Assembly: GCA_010093815.1 (NCBI GenBank)
Contig: ML996583.1
Direction: 5' to 3' (one strand)
Source: Pseudovirgaria hyperparasitica
Taxonomy: Eukaryota
Length of the DNA: 64,000 bases
In this document: piece after piece, positions 13,829 through 27,600 of the stretch
How positions within the stretch are numbered: position 1 is the first letter of the stretch
Layout: every line of letters starts with the position of its first letter
Notes under the pieces: model-generated
Databases searched by the model: none
What the model saw: only the letters and a program-made list of their open reading frames with translations
Told to the model about the DNA's origin: nothing
Translations under genes and position numbers: made by a program

Positions 13829-15197
13829 ATGCAACTACTCCATGCGCTCTTGCTTCTATGTCTGTTCTCCCTGGGGCTATGTGCAGAAGATTTCTACAAA
13901 GTAAGGCTTCGCATGCTTTACAAGATCCTTATCGCATGTGCTACAGTCCAAACACTAACAATTCGTCCAGATTCTAGGCTTAGACAAAGACGCCTCAGAC
14001 AAAGAAATCCGCCGCGCATACCGCACCTTGAGCAAGAAGTACCACCCAGACAAGAACCCGTACGCGCTCTCTCCCTCATCACGTCCCTTGACTTCATACT
14101 AAACAACCTGCCTCACTCATAGTAACGACGAGACCGCAAAGGACAAATTCACCACAGTCGCCGAAGCCTACGAATGTCTCTCCGACGCCGAGCTCCGCAA
14201 AATCTACGACCGCTACGGACACGAGGGCTTGGCACAGCACAAACAAGGTGGCGGTGGCCAGCGTGGCGGTCATGACCCGTTTGATCTCTTCAGCCGCTTC
14301 TTCGGCGGCGGCGGACACTTTGGGCACGGCGAGCGACGTGGGCAGAACATGGAAGTCAAGGTATCACTCCCGCTTCGCGACTTCTACAATGGGCGCGACA
14401 CGCAGTTCAGCATCGAGAAGCAGGCCATCTGCAGCAAATGCGAAGGCAGCGGCAGCGCAGACGGCAAGGTCGAGACGTGCGGCGTCTGTGGCGGGCGCGG
14501 CATGCGTATCCAGCGGCACCAGCTCGCGCCAGGCATGTTCCAGCAGGTACAAGCGGTGTGCGACGCGTGCGGCGGTAAGGGACAGCAAATCAAGCACAAG
14601 TGCAGCGTGTGCGGTGGTGCGCGTGTCGTGCGCGAGACGGAGACGTTTGAGCTCAATCTCGAGCCCGGCATGCCGGATGGCGTGCGGTTGACGTATGAGA
14701 ACGAGGCGGACGAGAGCCCGGATTATGTTGCTGGCGATTTGATTGTGCATGTTACGGAGGCGGAACCGAAAATGGACACGAGCGAGGAGGCGTTTAGGAC
14801 GGATGGCACGTTCTTCCGCAGGCGTGGACATGATTTGTTTTGGAGGGAGGTGCTCAGTCTGCGCGAGGCGTGGATGGGTGAGTGGACGCGCAATATCACG
14901 CATTTGGATGGCCATACCGTGTTTCTGTCCCGCGAGCGAGGGCGCGTCGTACAGCCGAACCATGTCGAGATTGTGCCCGGCGAGGGCATGCCGTTCTGGG
15001 CACAGGAGATCCCGGAAGAGTCGGAACGGCGCTTTGGCAATCTGCATGTCGAGTACGTGGTTGTGCTGCCAGACCAGATGGAGAAGGGCATGGAGAAGGA
15101 CTTCCACGGTGTGTGGGACAAGTGGCGGAAGAAGCAAGGTGTTGACTTGCATAAAGACAGTGGAAGACCGGCGCCAAAGGTGCATGACGAGTTGTAG
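13829..15197 (+). CDS. SCJ1: ER-lumenal type I DnaJ/Hsp40 (Scj1). Exons 13829-13900, 13971-14059, 14123-15197
   Basis: Hydrophobic signal peptide, J-domain with HPD (KYHPDKN), G/F-rich region, four CxxCxGxG-type motifs and C-terminal HDEL. Confidence 0.93.
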
Positions 15198-16181
15198 AGT
15201 AATGTACAATAGATGTTCACATACAGGGGGCGCGCATTATAGAGGACTTCGGATACCCGGCTAGAGCATTTTCATATCACTTTCCCCGTTTGCAAGGTGA
15301 ACATACTTCTTCTTACTATGGTATGCTACTGACCTGCAAGTTAGCCCGTCCTCGCCGTCTTCTGAACATCTGGTATCCTCGGCACCTTACCACTCGTCCC
15401 GCCATCGCCCCAGAAGCCGTCGCCATCCCATCCTTGCGCATGTTTGTAAGGTGTGGGGCAGATAGACAGATTCCTTCTTCCGTCCTCGACACAGAACCAA
15501 CGGATCGAGGATGTGGCAGTCATGGTCTTGCTCTCAATGCAAACATGTATGGATCTGGGGAGTAAGAAGCTCCCTATCGAAACACAATACAGCAACAAGT
15601 ATGAGCTCCCCGCCTCATCGCTGTCCGAAACTCTGACGAGGCCGTAGAATCTGTAGCCTGATCAATCTGGCGCGATGTGCTGGCTGGGTTGTAGGTTCTG
15701 TCTATCTATCTGTCAGTCGGCGTGGATTAGAGATGTGCGAGGCTGCGAGCGAGGCATACGAAGGAGAGGGGATACATGCACTGCAACTCAAATAGAGTAC
15801 TGCATATCAAATAGATTTTGAAACAAACCTTCTTGCAATGCTAGCCTTGTTACGTGTATACGTGTAGGCAACTATTCAGAGTGAACTTGGCGTTGGTGAC
15901 CAGGAACCGGGGTGTTCTTGTATACCGCAAACAAGAACCGTTCACAATCTTGAATAAACACGCCGTGCCAGCCTCGTCCGGACGATGTCCTTCTTCAACT
16001 TGTTCTCGTTGCTATTCGAAATACTCCGTATCTTGTTTGTTGAATCCAAGAAGCTGCTGACCTGTGCTCGCTCTGTTGTGTACCGAAATCCGTTAATCTT
16101 TTTCTTGTTACCTATACTCAAAGCACACTGACGACGTTATACTGTCCAACCCTGTGAAAGGGAGAGGATAAATCACAGAAT

Positions 16182-16908
16182 ATGTCTATTGAGGCCCTGG
16201 ATCCATGCCAAGTAAGCCGGCATCCATATCATCATCATCACCATCATACACATTTAAGCAAAACCCTATACTTACATTATTCTTCTCCCTTTCCTCTAGG
16301 ACGATTGTCTAAGCAGCGCCCAATCACGATACATATGCCAAGAAACAGGCTTCTTCTCCATCTACACAGCGTGTGTGTCTATGTGCGATGATCCGCCGAG
16401 CTCGCTCTACTACATCAACGGTGACGCGGCAATGTTGCATTGCGAGACTGACGCACGTACGACGGGGGGAGCTACCACGGTTTTGTCGACCATCGTAATC
16501 ACACCGACTGGATCCGAGCAGCAACCGAGTACCGTCGTATTCACCTCTATCGAGGGGTTACAGACAGCGCTGTCGACGACACTGTCCTCAGATGGATCAG
16601 GTGCGCAGTCGTCTGCAACGAGCACTGTTGCGCACACACAAACGGAAGGCTGTGTCTCCTCAGGCGGCAGAGTAGGCGTAGGCGTAGGTGTGGGACTGGG
16701 AATACCGTTGATGTTTGCAGTTTTCGTTGTGGCGTTTTACTTGGGGCGGAAAACGCGCAGAGCGGATGTGTCGGTGGAAACGGAGGCAACTGTGTATAGA
16801 TATGAGTTGGATGCGGATGAGACGAGGGTTGGTAGGACGGAGGTGGGTGCTGCAAATACGTACCAGGCGGATGCGAATCGGGGGAGTGGAGTTAGGGGTA
16901 AGTCATGA
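16182..16908 (+). CDS. Hypothetical single-pass membrane protein (Cys-rich N-terminus, Ser/Thr stalk, TM helix). Exons 16182-16211, 16300-16908; the true start may lie further upstream
   Basis: A GTAAGC...CTAG intron joins in frame. TM segment VGVGVGVGLGIPLMFAVFVVAFYLG is followed by RKTRR and a YELDA motif. No signal peptide is seen. Confidence 0.6.
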
Positions 16909-18801
16909 GAAGAAGGAATTTCGTGGGTCGGTTGCTGCATATAACGTTGTTATGTCTTATGATTGTTCATATGGGATCTTATGGTTCCAATTCTCCTCTG
17001 GAAGGGGGCAAAGTCTCGTCTAATATGTCACTCTCTGGGTCTGATAATAGCCCCTGACATTATCAAGCCCAATGGTAGCATTCAGTATCATCCTGCCAAA
17101 GTCATCGATACCATCTAGACGAGCTGTCTGGAAGATATCAGAGAAGGGAGGGTGAGAAGGAAAGAAAGAGGATATGAGAAAGGGAGTGTATGTGTCCATG
17201 AGATTAAAGCCCAACACAGGATCGAGTAGTGTAATGTCAAAACAATGAAACTCTTCAAGCCCGAAGTTATCGTATGGGGCGAGAGTTTGGCCTCCTTCAG
17301 GATATATTGATACATAAACAAGGGGTAAATAAGCGGATGAGATTCTGCTAAATCGCAGCCATTGCGGTAGTTGCACAGCACAGCGCTGTTCAGACTTGAC
17401 GCGATCTCTATAGACCTTTCTCCAGTCTTCTCAGTCCTTTCAAGGGGTATGAGGCAGACGACGTTGGAGGAAGCTGAAATACGCACTAGGCCATATTCTG
17501 ATTCGGCCTAGGCTGGGTGTGTAATACTACAATCAGAAGAGATTTGCTAATGATTATTGAGACAACGAGACTTAGACAGTGGCCAGTCTCATGTGTGACA
17601 TGTCCAAACCATGACTTTCGATCATCCCATTCCAAGCCAACGCGTCTTCGCAGTCAGAGATTCGTGTTTTCAAGCGTTCGTCTTATCATCCAGTTTCCGC
17701 GTTTGTATCCCAAGCTGCTTAGATAGTACAGGACAGTGTCAATCCCTACTTGTTACCCTTCTGTTCAATGAAGAAAACATACTAGGAACCGTCTCTCGTA
17801 TTCTCGCCAAAGGTGTTCCTGTTTCAACAGCCAGCCAATGAAGAGACCACATCTCTCGCTTTAACACTTCTGCTGGCGGGCTTTTGCCTGAAGACGGAAA
17901 TCGATAGATGCAGCAGGGGTCAGGCTAATGGCATGCATGTGAGAGCAATGCAGCTTACTTGCATGGAAGAATATGGGGTCTCCCGATCAGACTCTAGAAT
18001 CGAGACGGCTGAACCGTTAGAAAGGCTGCAACGACGAACAGAGAAGCTCTTAGATGCATTCGAGGTGAGACCAATATTGCTGGTCGCCTAGTAGCTTGAC
18101 AGCAATGCCGGCTGATAGGCGTGAGATAGGCTTCAAATTGGCGCTGGGTTTTAGGAAAGGCGCAGAAACAAGGCTATCGGGCGGTTCTTCACATTCAAGC
18201 ATTTCCTACCCTTTTCGCACGCTTTGCTCTCTCGCCAGTTTACTGCACTGGTTTTACCGCATAGTGGTCATGTTGAAAGCAGTTAGAAAGCAGTTAGATC
18301 CCATGCAAGTGAATGCTGCTTGGGGGCTTGTTTTAGCGGGACGTTGTGGGGGTGCTAGCTAGGTTCGGTATAGCCTTGTGGGCTGACCGAGGCTTAAATC
18401 CGATAGCGTGTAAGGAGGAACAAGTGGGACGCAGCTACGATTGTAATAGCTAAAGCCTGTGGTCCATACAGACGCCAAATAGAGACCGTCGCCGTTGCAT
18501 GGAAGATGCCACACCGGGAGCTGAGTATAGTGTAGAGTGGTGGGGAACAGTACAAAGCAGCTTCTTGTGCAGCGCTGAACCGGAACCGTCTTGTCTGTTG
18601 GAGTACGAATTGCAACGCCTCGAGCGCCGTTGTTGACCCTTAAGTCTTCATAATCCAACATTCCTTTGCTTACTGAGTTGGAAAAAAGGATTTCCACTCG
18701 ATTTCATTGCGATATATGTACCAACGCGTGTTCTAAGTTACTAAACCTCCACTCGCCGGCGCCTCTCCGCCATCGCGCGGGCCAGAGTCGCCTCACACGA
18801 A

Positions 18802-19514
18802 ATGGTGCCCAGCAGGTCCTCAATCACCCTCCTCCTTCTTACAATCACCACACTCCTACTCTGCCTCTCCTCCGCACAAGTCACATTCTCACAACCCGAC
18901 GACCGCGAAGCCGCACCTACGGCAACTCGCTCCGTGCCTTCAGGCATCAACCCATACACAACAGGCACACCCACCGCGAGCGTCTTCCCAGGCGCTGGCA
19001 ACTATGTCTACGTCGGCTGCTACAACGAGACGACACCCCTCGACGGATCACCGAGTACACGCGCGCTGAGCGGCTCCGGGAGTAAGATGGTACGTCTTCC
19101 TTCTTGCTCTTGCCTCATTGCCAGATTGTCTAACAACAGCAATAGGAGGGCGACGACGCACTTACACCTGAACGCTGCTTCGACTTCTGCGGTGGCGAAC
19201 AATACGCTGGGCTCGAATATGCACGCGAATGCTGGTGCGCACCGTATCTTAATTCGGCGGCGCAGAAGATCGACGAAAGCTGGTGTGACATGCCGTGTAT
19301 GGGCGGCGACGAGAGCTGGTGTGGCGGACGCTTGACGTTCGTATCACCATGAGCGTTTAAGAGATAGGACTGGCTAACTATGAGTTTTAGGTTGACGTTA
19401 TATAATCGGACAAAAGGCGACGAGGACGGTGCTGCGGGGTCTTGGAGAAGAAGCAGTGGAGTTTGGAGTGTGCGATTGGCAGGGTCGTTGACCTTGTTGA
19501 TGGCTTTGCTATAA
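18802..19514 (+). CDS. Secreted, probably GPI-anchored WSC-domain protein. Exons 18802-19089, 19146-19336, 19391-19514
   Basis: Signal peptide; WSC pattern YVGCYNE...CFDFC...YAGLEYARECWC...CDMPCMG...CGG..TLTLY; hydrophobic C-terminal tail. Confidence 0.88.
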
Positions 19515-19878
19515 TCTTGTTGTCGGGTCGAGCGCGTAGATTTATAAAGTTTGTGAGGATTGTTCGGTGTTTCCCCAGGGATGAAAGGGACCCAAGGTAC
19601 ATGACAGCGGAATAGACTCACGGTAGAGGCATTCTCAAAAATGTAGCGTTGCAGAACGAAAGTTCATTAATTACTGCATAACATCAAGCCCAGTGATAAC
19701 CTTTTGCATAAAGAAGACGTAAACCAACGAAGGCCTCCAAATGCTGAACGCCTAGATGGACATCCTCTTCAATATGTAGAGAAGACCTTTCTTGAAAACT
19801 TGGATGTGATGCTACTCCATTAGAGAACCCATCCATGTGAATTGGCAACTCCTCCACACAAGCAATCTTGGTATCAAA

Positions 19879-20880
19879 TCAAACTTCCATGCCCATGAAC
19901 ATCCATCGAGGTGAAACGATATCGATATTCTTCGTCCATTTCTCTAGCGTTGTGGGCTCAAAACCTACCCAACCAAGACTTCTCATCAAAGAGCCGTCTG
20001 AAGAATGCGCGCTTCGGTCGAGACACACAATGAGCGTGTCACAAAGCACGCCCGGGACGGAGCAGAGCTCGAGTAAAGCCATGAGCCTATAGCTAACGTA
20101 AGCGAAAAGACTATTTTATTTTTATTTTTGAGACTTACCCAGGCTTGAGGTCACTCCCATTCACATCGTCGTTAAAGAAGACAAACATAGCTCTCTCACC
20201 ATTATCCTCTTCCACAATGAAGCACCTGAAAAGAGCCCCGCCCACGTAGTCGTAGACCTTGCACCAAGCGGTGACAACACCCCGTTGTTCGATCGATCCG
20301 AAAGGTTGCAAACCCAACCCATGTTGTGCCCCATGTCGTGTGACACTGACCCCACCAGAGATCTCAGTGTCGTTGTAGTTGATCGCAGATGAATGCTTAT
20401 CCAGAGCCAGCGAGTCCTGCCATTCCGTATTCCCCTCAACCAGAAATACAGAACGGAGTATCTCACAGAAGAGTCTCTCACACTCTCCCGCAATGGTATA
20501 AGTTGCCCCCCTTCTCCGCGCCGTGAAATTAGAGCCGGAGCTCGGTTTCACGGTGGTGGTGGCCGAGAGGGGGGGACTTGAAGGTGGTGAATATATTCCC
20601 TGCATACCTTGTTAGCTGTGTGAGGCATGAAGACCTGTACGTGACAACTGTGATGAGCAGTCATGTTCTTGGAGACCATACCGAGCTGACCTCAGGAACG
20701 CCAATCGACTCCGCCAGCCCCGGTAGTGGAGTAGTGAAAGCCTTGAAGCAGGCTGGAGCGAGTATCAACGACGTAGCAAGTTGCGAGGATGTTATTCAGA
20801 CGGGGGCTGGCATCGCGGATGCTGCTACCGCTACTACTACTGCTGCTTCGACTACTACTGGAGGTAGTAATTCGCGCCAT
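19879..20880 (-). CDS. OAZ1: Ornithine decarboxylase antizyme, expressed by +1 programmed ribosomal frameshift. Introns 20681-20600 and 20138-20087
   Basis: ORF1 ends ...WRS at UCC UGA. The +1 frame continues E-V-S-S|GIYSPPSSPPL...ECERLFCE...DLKPGLMALLELC...CLDRS...LMRSLGWVGFE...WMFMGMEV, typical of fungal antizyme. Confidence 0.92.
20686..20703 (-). promoter_or_regulatory. +1 frameshift site UGG CGU UCC UGA G of antizyme mRNA
   Basis: UCC-UGA is the known antizyme shift site in mammals and S. pombe. The stop is at 20694-20692. Confidence 0.88.
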
Positions 20881-21708
20881 AGCTGAGTTTTGCCAGGGTT
20901 GCTTCTGTCAATGAATATGTCCAGAGGACTTTGATGGAGCGGACGTCAGTAATTGGAAAGGCACAGGCTTGAGAGACGGATTGCGAGAAGCGATGGTGGA
21001 AGCGTGGTAGACTTGACGAGAAAGAGTAGGCGGTCAGAGCAGGAGAGTGGTATTAAGTGGTCTGGACGACGGTCTAAGACTAGCTAGAGCCTAGCGTAAA
21101 GGTTTTCGTGACCTCGTAATTAGTGGAGTGGGGCCCGGCTGGCTGTGCCCGGATGGCAATGCGCGGGGCCTCGGGGACGACCTGCAAACATAGTAATCGT
21201 ACGTACACACTCTACATAATTGTTCAATGAGGACAAAAGACAAAGTACTAGATTTTCAAAGACTTCAGCTCTGCCAGCCAGTGAAACTTTCGTCATATCT
21301 TGAGTCAAAGAGCTCTTTATGCGCACATGCCTGGTTTCATTGATCTGATAAAGCCCGAGAGTAATGCACGTGCGGTGTGGTAATATTGCGTATGCAATTA
21401 CTGGTTTTCACTGCTTACCAAGGATGGCCAATGTGAGCACGTGACCGAGCATATTGCACCTGCTTAGGTCTGCCCGCCGCCCGCCTAGTCGTTCCTTATT
21501 AATCCAGCCACGTCCTTTACACTCTTCAACTTACCTGCGCAAACTCTCGTCAGCCCATCTGCAACTACCTGATCTCTGACATTCTGATTTTTATTAAATC
21601 TGGCTCACATCTACTCTTCACTTTTCTTCGTATATCCGCTTTCTTGAAAACTTGTGTAGGGAACACTTGTAGGTGTCGGCTGGGGTCGCCAACGGTCGGC
21701 TTTGCAAG

Positions 21709-23670
21709 ATGGCATCGTCGGTTTATTTCAAGTTTAGAAATGACAAAGAGCCTTCATTAATCACATTCGATGGCACAAGCATTACAGTCTTCGATCTAAA
21801 GCGTGACATCATCCAAGCTAGAGCTCTCGGTGATGGTACTGACTTCGACCTCATCATCTCCAATGCGGACACAAAAGAAGAATACAACGATGATACCACT
21901 ATGATACCTCGTGCGACAACCGTCGTCGCCCGTCGAGCTCCAGCTTCAAAGCCTGGACACGGCAAAGCAGCCCGCTATGTGTCGGGAAAGATGCCAATCA
22001 CCTCTCGCCACAACCCTCGAACCGAATCATCGACCCTCGCAAAACCAGCAGTACAGTCATCAGCCCCGGCTGGCAGGGAACCACAAACAGAGCAAGAGAG
22101 GATTGATGCCATGTTTCAAAGTAGTGCGAATCAATGGGAACAACAAAAACAGCAAATGGCTACGGCTAAGCCTGTTCGGCCCGGTTTTAAACCCAAACAG
22201 ATTACCGTTCCCGAGCATGAACCTCCTGTAGGGTATGTCTGCTATCGATGCCATCAAAAGGGACATTGGATTCAGGCATGTCCAACAAATGACGATCCAA
22301 ACTTTGAAAACAAGCCACGCATTAAAAGGACTACCGGCATCCCTCGATCTTTCCTAAAGACCGTTGAGAAGCCAACGGCCCTTGCTAACGATGGATTTAC
22401 GGATGACACCAAGCAACCGGCAGGTGTGATGATTAATGCGGAGGGCGAGTATGTGATCGCAGAGCCAGACAAAGCAGCTTGGGAGCAGTACCAGGCAAAG
22501 GCGAAGGCTACTCAGGCCCAGCAGGAAGCTGCGGCCAAGGGTAACCAGGAGTTACGAGACCGTGGTTTGGAATGTCCTCTAGACATGCGTATGTTTGTTG
22601 ATCCCAAGAAGACGCCCTGTTGTGGCCATACCTATTGTATCGATTGTATTGAGAATGCACTTTTGGATTCTGACTTCGTGTGCCCTAATTGCTCGACACC
22701 AGGGGTCTTGCTCGACAATCTTGTTGCTGATGACGATATGGCAAAACGTATCCGTGAGTATGAAGATGAAAAGTCGCAGGCCAAAAAAGACGAAGTAGCG
22801 GCGTCGTCGGCAGCAACTGCAGCAGCCACTACGGCTAAAAGCCCTAAGCCTGACTCAGAGGATACAATCAAAAATCAGAATTCAGAATTCAAGCCTGAAA
22901 AATCATCGTCCAAGTCTCCGTCGCCGGCACCTACTTCAAAGCCTGCGAACGAGACCTCTCCTGAGGGCGATGCGCCAGCAGCCACGGGAGACCCTTCGTC
23001 TAACAAAAGATCTGCCGAAGAAGAGCTCGAGAATAATAGGATCCCTTCTGCTCCCGCTGCCATGCGAAAACAACTAGAACAACAAAAAGCCGCTGAAGAG
23101 GCTGCCGCAAAAGCAAACGACCCCACCAACCAGTTTATTGAGCAAATGGACAACCTAGACCAGATGATGAAGAACGGTCAGCCAAACATGCCGTTCTCGA
23201 ATATGGGCTTCCCAAATCAAATGGCCATGATGAGTCAGATGGGCATGGGCATGGGCATGGGCATGGGCTTGCCAATGGGTAATGGAATGGGTATGATGAC
23301 TGGCATGATGGGCATGTCGAATGGTATGACTCCCATGATGCAACAAAATGGCAGTTGGGGAAACATGAATGGCATGGGTGGAGTATATCAGCAAAATGGG
23401 ATGTTCAACAATTACAACAGTGGCCGTAACATGAACGGCTACGGCGGTAATCAGCAATGGCAGGGCCATCAGCAACATGCTTCCGGCCCTTCAGGATGGA
23501 ACCAGAATAGTACACACCAGAACGGTTTCCCAAATCAACAACGAACTTTCTTTTCTGAGCCGCTTGGAAATGAAGAAGACAATGCGTATTTCCGTAAACC
23601 AGTTAACCCTCATCGTCATCAGAGTCGCCAAAGACGAACGCAGCGGCCCAGCGATTTCAAAGAATTATGA
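21709..23670 (+). CDS. MPE1: Mpe1/RBBP6-like cleavage and polyadenylation factor subunit (DWNN, zinc knuckle, RING-like)
   Basis: MASSVYFKF DWNN start, CYRCHQKGHWIQAC knuckle, IKRTTGIPRSFL, and CPLD...TPCCGHTYC..C...CPNC. The C-terminus is M/G/N/Q-rich. Confidence 0.92.
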   Translation: MASSVYFKFRNDKEPSLITFDGTSITVFDLKRDIIQARALGDGTDFDLIISNADTKEEYNDDTTMIPRATTVVARRAPASKPGHGKAARYVSGKMPITSRHNPRTESSTLAKPAVQSSAPAGREPQTEQERIDAMFQSSANQWEQQKQQMATAKPVRPGFKPKQITVPEHEPPVGYVCYRCHQKGHWIQACPTNDDPNFENKPRIKRTTGIPRSFLKTVEKPTALANDGFTDDTKQPAGVMINAEGEYVIAEPDKAAWEQYQAKAKATQAQQEAAAKGNQELRDRGLECPLDMRMFVDPKKTPCCGHTYCIDCIENALLDSDFVCPNCSTPGVLLDNLVADDDMAKRIREYEDEKSQAKKDEVAASSAATAAATTAKSPKPDSEDTIKNQNSEFKPEKSSSKSPSPAPTSKPANETSPEGDAPAATGDPSSNKRSAEEELENNRIPSAPAAMRKQLEQQKAAEEAAAKANDPTNQFIEQMDNLDQMMKNGQPNMPFSNMGFPNQMAMMSQMGMGMGMGMGLPMGNGMGMMTGMMGMSNGMTPMMQQNGSWGNMNGMGGVYQQNGMFNNYNSGRNMNGYGGNQQWQGHQQHASGPSGWNQNSTHQNGFPNQQRTFFSEPLGNEEDNAYFRKPVNPHRHQSRQRRTQRPSDFKEL

Positions 23671-24614
23671 ACACATCACCAGCATATCACCATATCACCA
23701 CATAATGAAGAAACTATAACTTACTGGGGCACGCCTAAGCCTATCGGAAGCAGACATCACAGTGCTGTACTGATTGTCTGCACTTCTGGCGAAGGGGGGC
23801 TCTTTGTATATCATAGCGTTGGAGTTGGCGGCGTCTGCTTCTTTGCATTTATTGAAGCGTACAAACGATAGCTAAGGTTTCGATCGGTCTTCGTTAGGAT
23901 CTGCGGTGCTTCTTGGGATAGGGACATATTGCTATACACTACTATTAAGCTGTTGCATTGGGATTCGGAGTCTGGTACTGTTGGATGGCTGAAGACCCTG
24001 GATCATATTGATATCTCCCTCGGAACTTGTAAAGTAGTACTGGACAGGGTCGGGAAGTACATTCGGTGATAAGTCCTATAGATCAAGAAGTGCTTACCTT
24101 ATTCTCTTATGACGTGTGCTATTTGTCGTTCCAAACATCGTGTTTAGAGTCTAGACTTTGAAGGATAACTTCTGCCATTCGTGATAGATAGAGAGCAGCT
24201 AAGCCACTTACTTATAAAGCCTGCCATTATCCCTATTTCATCGCACTCGGGTTGCTCCTTATACGTGAACTGATTAGCTCTTTCTTTAGCTATATAGATG
24301 GATGTTTGTGGGGGTCAGGTACTCAGATCGTGGGGATCTCGGACCCCTCGCCCCACTAACAGAAGGACGGCTCCAGGGCTCTGTGTCTATCTATGCAGTA
24401 CCATTCACACCGATAACATTCACAAGATACGAAATCGTCAGGTCGAAGTCACCTTTCAGCCAGCGGGTGGCCGGCCCACTGTCGCGCATCTCTTCAGTCG
24501 TGTACGATCGTTCCAGCGAAGTCGCTGCATCTCGCCACCAATTCCGTCGTGGACGCCTTTCACGTCTCCTGCCATATCATACAACTTATTGATCACATCT
24601 ACAGACCTGGCATT

Positions 24615-27600
24615 ATGCTTGTGTCGCAGCATGAGCAGGTTCTATGTAGGCAGCTCAGAGATTTCCCTCGGCGTTTTCACAACCGGTACAACGATGATTC
24701 AAGCTCTGCGCTCCTAGAACTGTTCTTTCGATCACTCACCGGTTTCAAAGACGAATACCTTCCCTACTTCTTTCCCAACGGCGTCCCACGCTCGACACAA
24801 GAACAATGGAGCTTAAAATTGGCACAAGGTGCAGTGGAGGGTGCTGAATACACCGAAGCTGCAAGAGGCCATCCGTGTGGTCATATCTTCAAATCTGGAG
24901 AGGCTACATACAGGTGTAAGACATGCACTGTAGACGAAACCTGCGTGATCTGTACCAGGTGTTTCGATGCTTCAGATCATGAGGGACACACCGTTTACGT
25001 GTCAATATCACCGGGCAATGCGGGATGTTGTGACTGCGGCGATGATGAGGCTTGGATACGACCCGTGCATTGCAACATACATACAATCGGGGCAGAAAGT
25101 ATATCTCATGCAGCAGGAAAGATCAAGGAGGGATCACCACTACCCGAAGATCTTCAGGAGTATATCAGAACCACTATCTCAAAGATTTTTGATTACTTTT
25201 GCGATGTGTTTTCTTGTTCGCCCGAGCAGCTACGACTTGCGAAGACTGAAGAAAGTATCAGACAAGACGAGCACTCGTCTCGATTGCATTCGAAATGGTA
25301 CGGTGAATTAGACACAGACGAAGATGATCAGGAGTATGCCTTAGTTCTGTGGAATGACGAGAAGCATACGATTGGAGATGTTGAGAACCAGGTCGCCAGA
25401 GCGTGCAAACAGAGGAAAGATTTCGGGCGACAAAAGGCCAACGAAGTTAATTATGTTGGTCGAAGTGTCGTAATATTTGATACGAACATTCCAAAGTTAC
25501 TCAAGATGGCAAAGATCATCGAAGAGATCAAACTTACGGTCACTATCAGATCCGCAAGAGACACTTTCAGAGAGCAGATGTGTGGTACCATCATCGAGTG
25601 GATTTCAGACATTGCTGGATGCAGTGTAGGGCCTGACCACCAGATACTGCGCAACATCCTTTGTGAGGAGATGCTGAAAGCCTGGCGGGTCGGGAGCGAA
25701 GCGCATCATAGTAGAATCGGGACAGACGGACTTGATGATCACGAAGTGGAGGACTATCAAGAAGATCTCCTATTTAGTCGGCTGTTAGACATGCGCAACA
25801 GAGGGGCCAGAGCAACCGCCCCTGGGCCTGATGCTGACCTTGAGGACGCCAACGATAACGAAGACGACGCCGACAATGAATGGGAGGAAGAATTGGACCA
25901 AGATGAAATGGACATCGAATTTGCGCCTGCCCGGGATGTAGATGGCGATGTAGAGATGGACACGTCCGATGTTCCCGACGATGAGCTAGAAGCTTCAGAA
26001 GCAACTATTGCTGGATATCCGCCACCGCCACCACCACCACCTCCTCCAGCAGTGCGACGGCACGATGCACTAACTACTCCTGGGGATTCTGAGGGTGAAC
26101 CTATGGTAGTCTCTTCAAGCCATGTGGGCGAAACCCTCGACATCCCTAAGACACCAAAGATCCGCCAGAAGAAAAGACCACCACGAGCACTTCGACATTG
26201 GTTGGAAGTACCTGAAGGTTACAAGAAGAAAAAGGGCGCAGTACCTATTCACGAAGACCTATGGGAGCGTGTCCGGCTGGATTGGATGATTCTCTATGAC
26301 CTAAGGATGTGGAAGAAGGCCCGTGTTGACCTTCGCGACGTCTTCATCAGTACGGTAGTGACAATACCATACTTTAAGAGAGTATTAGGCCTCAGGTTTG
26401 CTGGACTGTATACAACTTTAGCACAGTTGTATCTGATTGCAGATCGGGAGCCAGATCATTCAATCATAAATCTCTCACTGCAAATGCTGACCACACCCTC
26501 TATTACGGCAGAAGTTGTCGACCGGGGCAACTTCTTGACAAATCTTATGGCAATTCTTTACACTTTCTTGACTTCACGCCAGGTGGGATACCCGCAAGAG
26601 GTTAACCCAATGGCGACACTGGCCTTTCAAGAAGGAGCAGTGACTAACCGAAGGATGTATCACTTTTTCCTGGACATGAAATATCTCCTGGGGTCAGACC
26701 TTATAAAGGAGAGGCTGCGCGAAGAGCCACGATACTTACTACAATTCCTGGACCTGGTCAAACTGCACCAAGGCATCTGTCCAAATCTTCGAGCAGTAGG
26801 CGAGCACATCGAGTACGAAAACGACCAGTGGATCAGCGCATCGCTTATCACAAGAGAGATCAACAGGCTTTGCCGACATTTCTCTGAAGCCTTCGTGTGG
26901 TCTATCGATGGGAACAATTCAAGTATATACCGAGCCATTAGGGACACCGCGAAACTGGTAATCATACATTCAACTGCATCCGAGCGAAAACGTTTCCAAG
27001 CAGCGGAGATCAAGAAACCAATTCAGTTCAAGACCCTCTCCAAGTTTGAGTTCGAGTATAGCCCAAGCGATCCTCTCAAAGTCGTTGAATTCGTTGTGTC
27101 CAAGGAAGCCATGAGCTTTCATCACGCGCTACATTATACCCTGTCCTGGATGATTGATCGTGGCAAGAGCATGTCTCGTGATCAATTAGTGAGCTTGCTA
27201 TCATTTTCGGCGTCGCAATTGAAGGAGCCGCCTGTTCCACTCCGAGCTCAAATACCGGAACTAGATGCTGATGACTATCTTTTGTGTCTCTTCGATTTTC
27301 CACTGAGAGTGTGTGCATGGCTCGCCCAAATGCGTGCAAACACATGGATTCGAAATGGAGTTACTCTTCGGCATCAAATGTCTACCTACCGAGGGGTTGT
27401 TCAAAGAGACGTCGCATTTCAACGAGATATATTCCTGCTGCAAGTTGGACTTGTAATCTGTCCCAAAACTCGGTTTTTGGCTTCAATAGTGGACAGATTC
27501 GGCCTGTCAAATTGGATTCGAGGCTCATACAGTGACGTTCAGAGCTTCGAGGAACAACAACAGCTGGACATTGTGGAGGACTTCGTACACCTGCTGATCA

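Noticed and set aside
14364..15209. 281-aa antisense ORF over SCJ1
   Set aside because: A shadow ORF caused by GC3-rich codon bias on the opposite strand; no motifs.
17020..18697. Several 70-120 aa ORFs in the intergenic region
   Set aside because: No recognisable motifs or consistent splice model; I cannot exclude an orphan gene.
24549..24614. ORF-track N-terminal extension of UBR1 (likewise 21673 for MPE1 and 52154 for DUF3824)
   Set aside because: These are GTG/TTG starts from a prokaryote-style caller; the downstream ATGs fit eukaryotic initiation.
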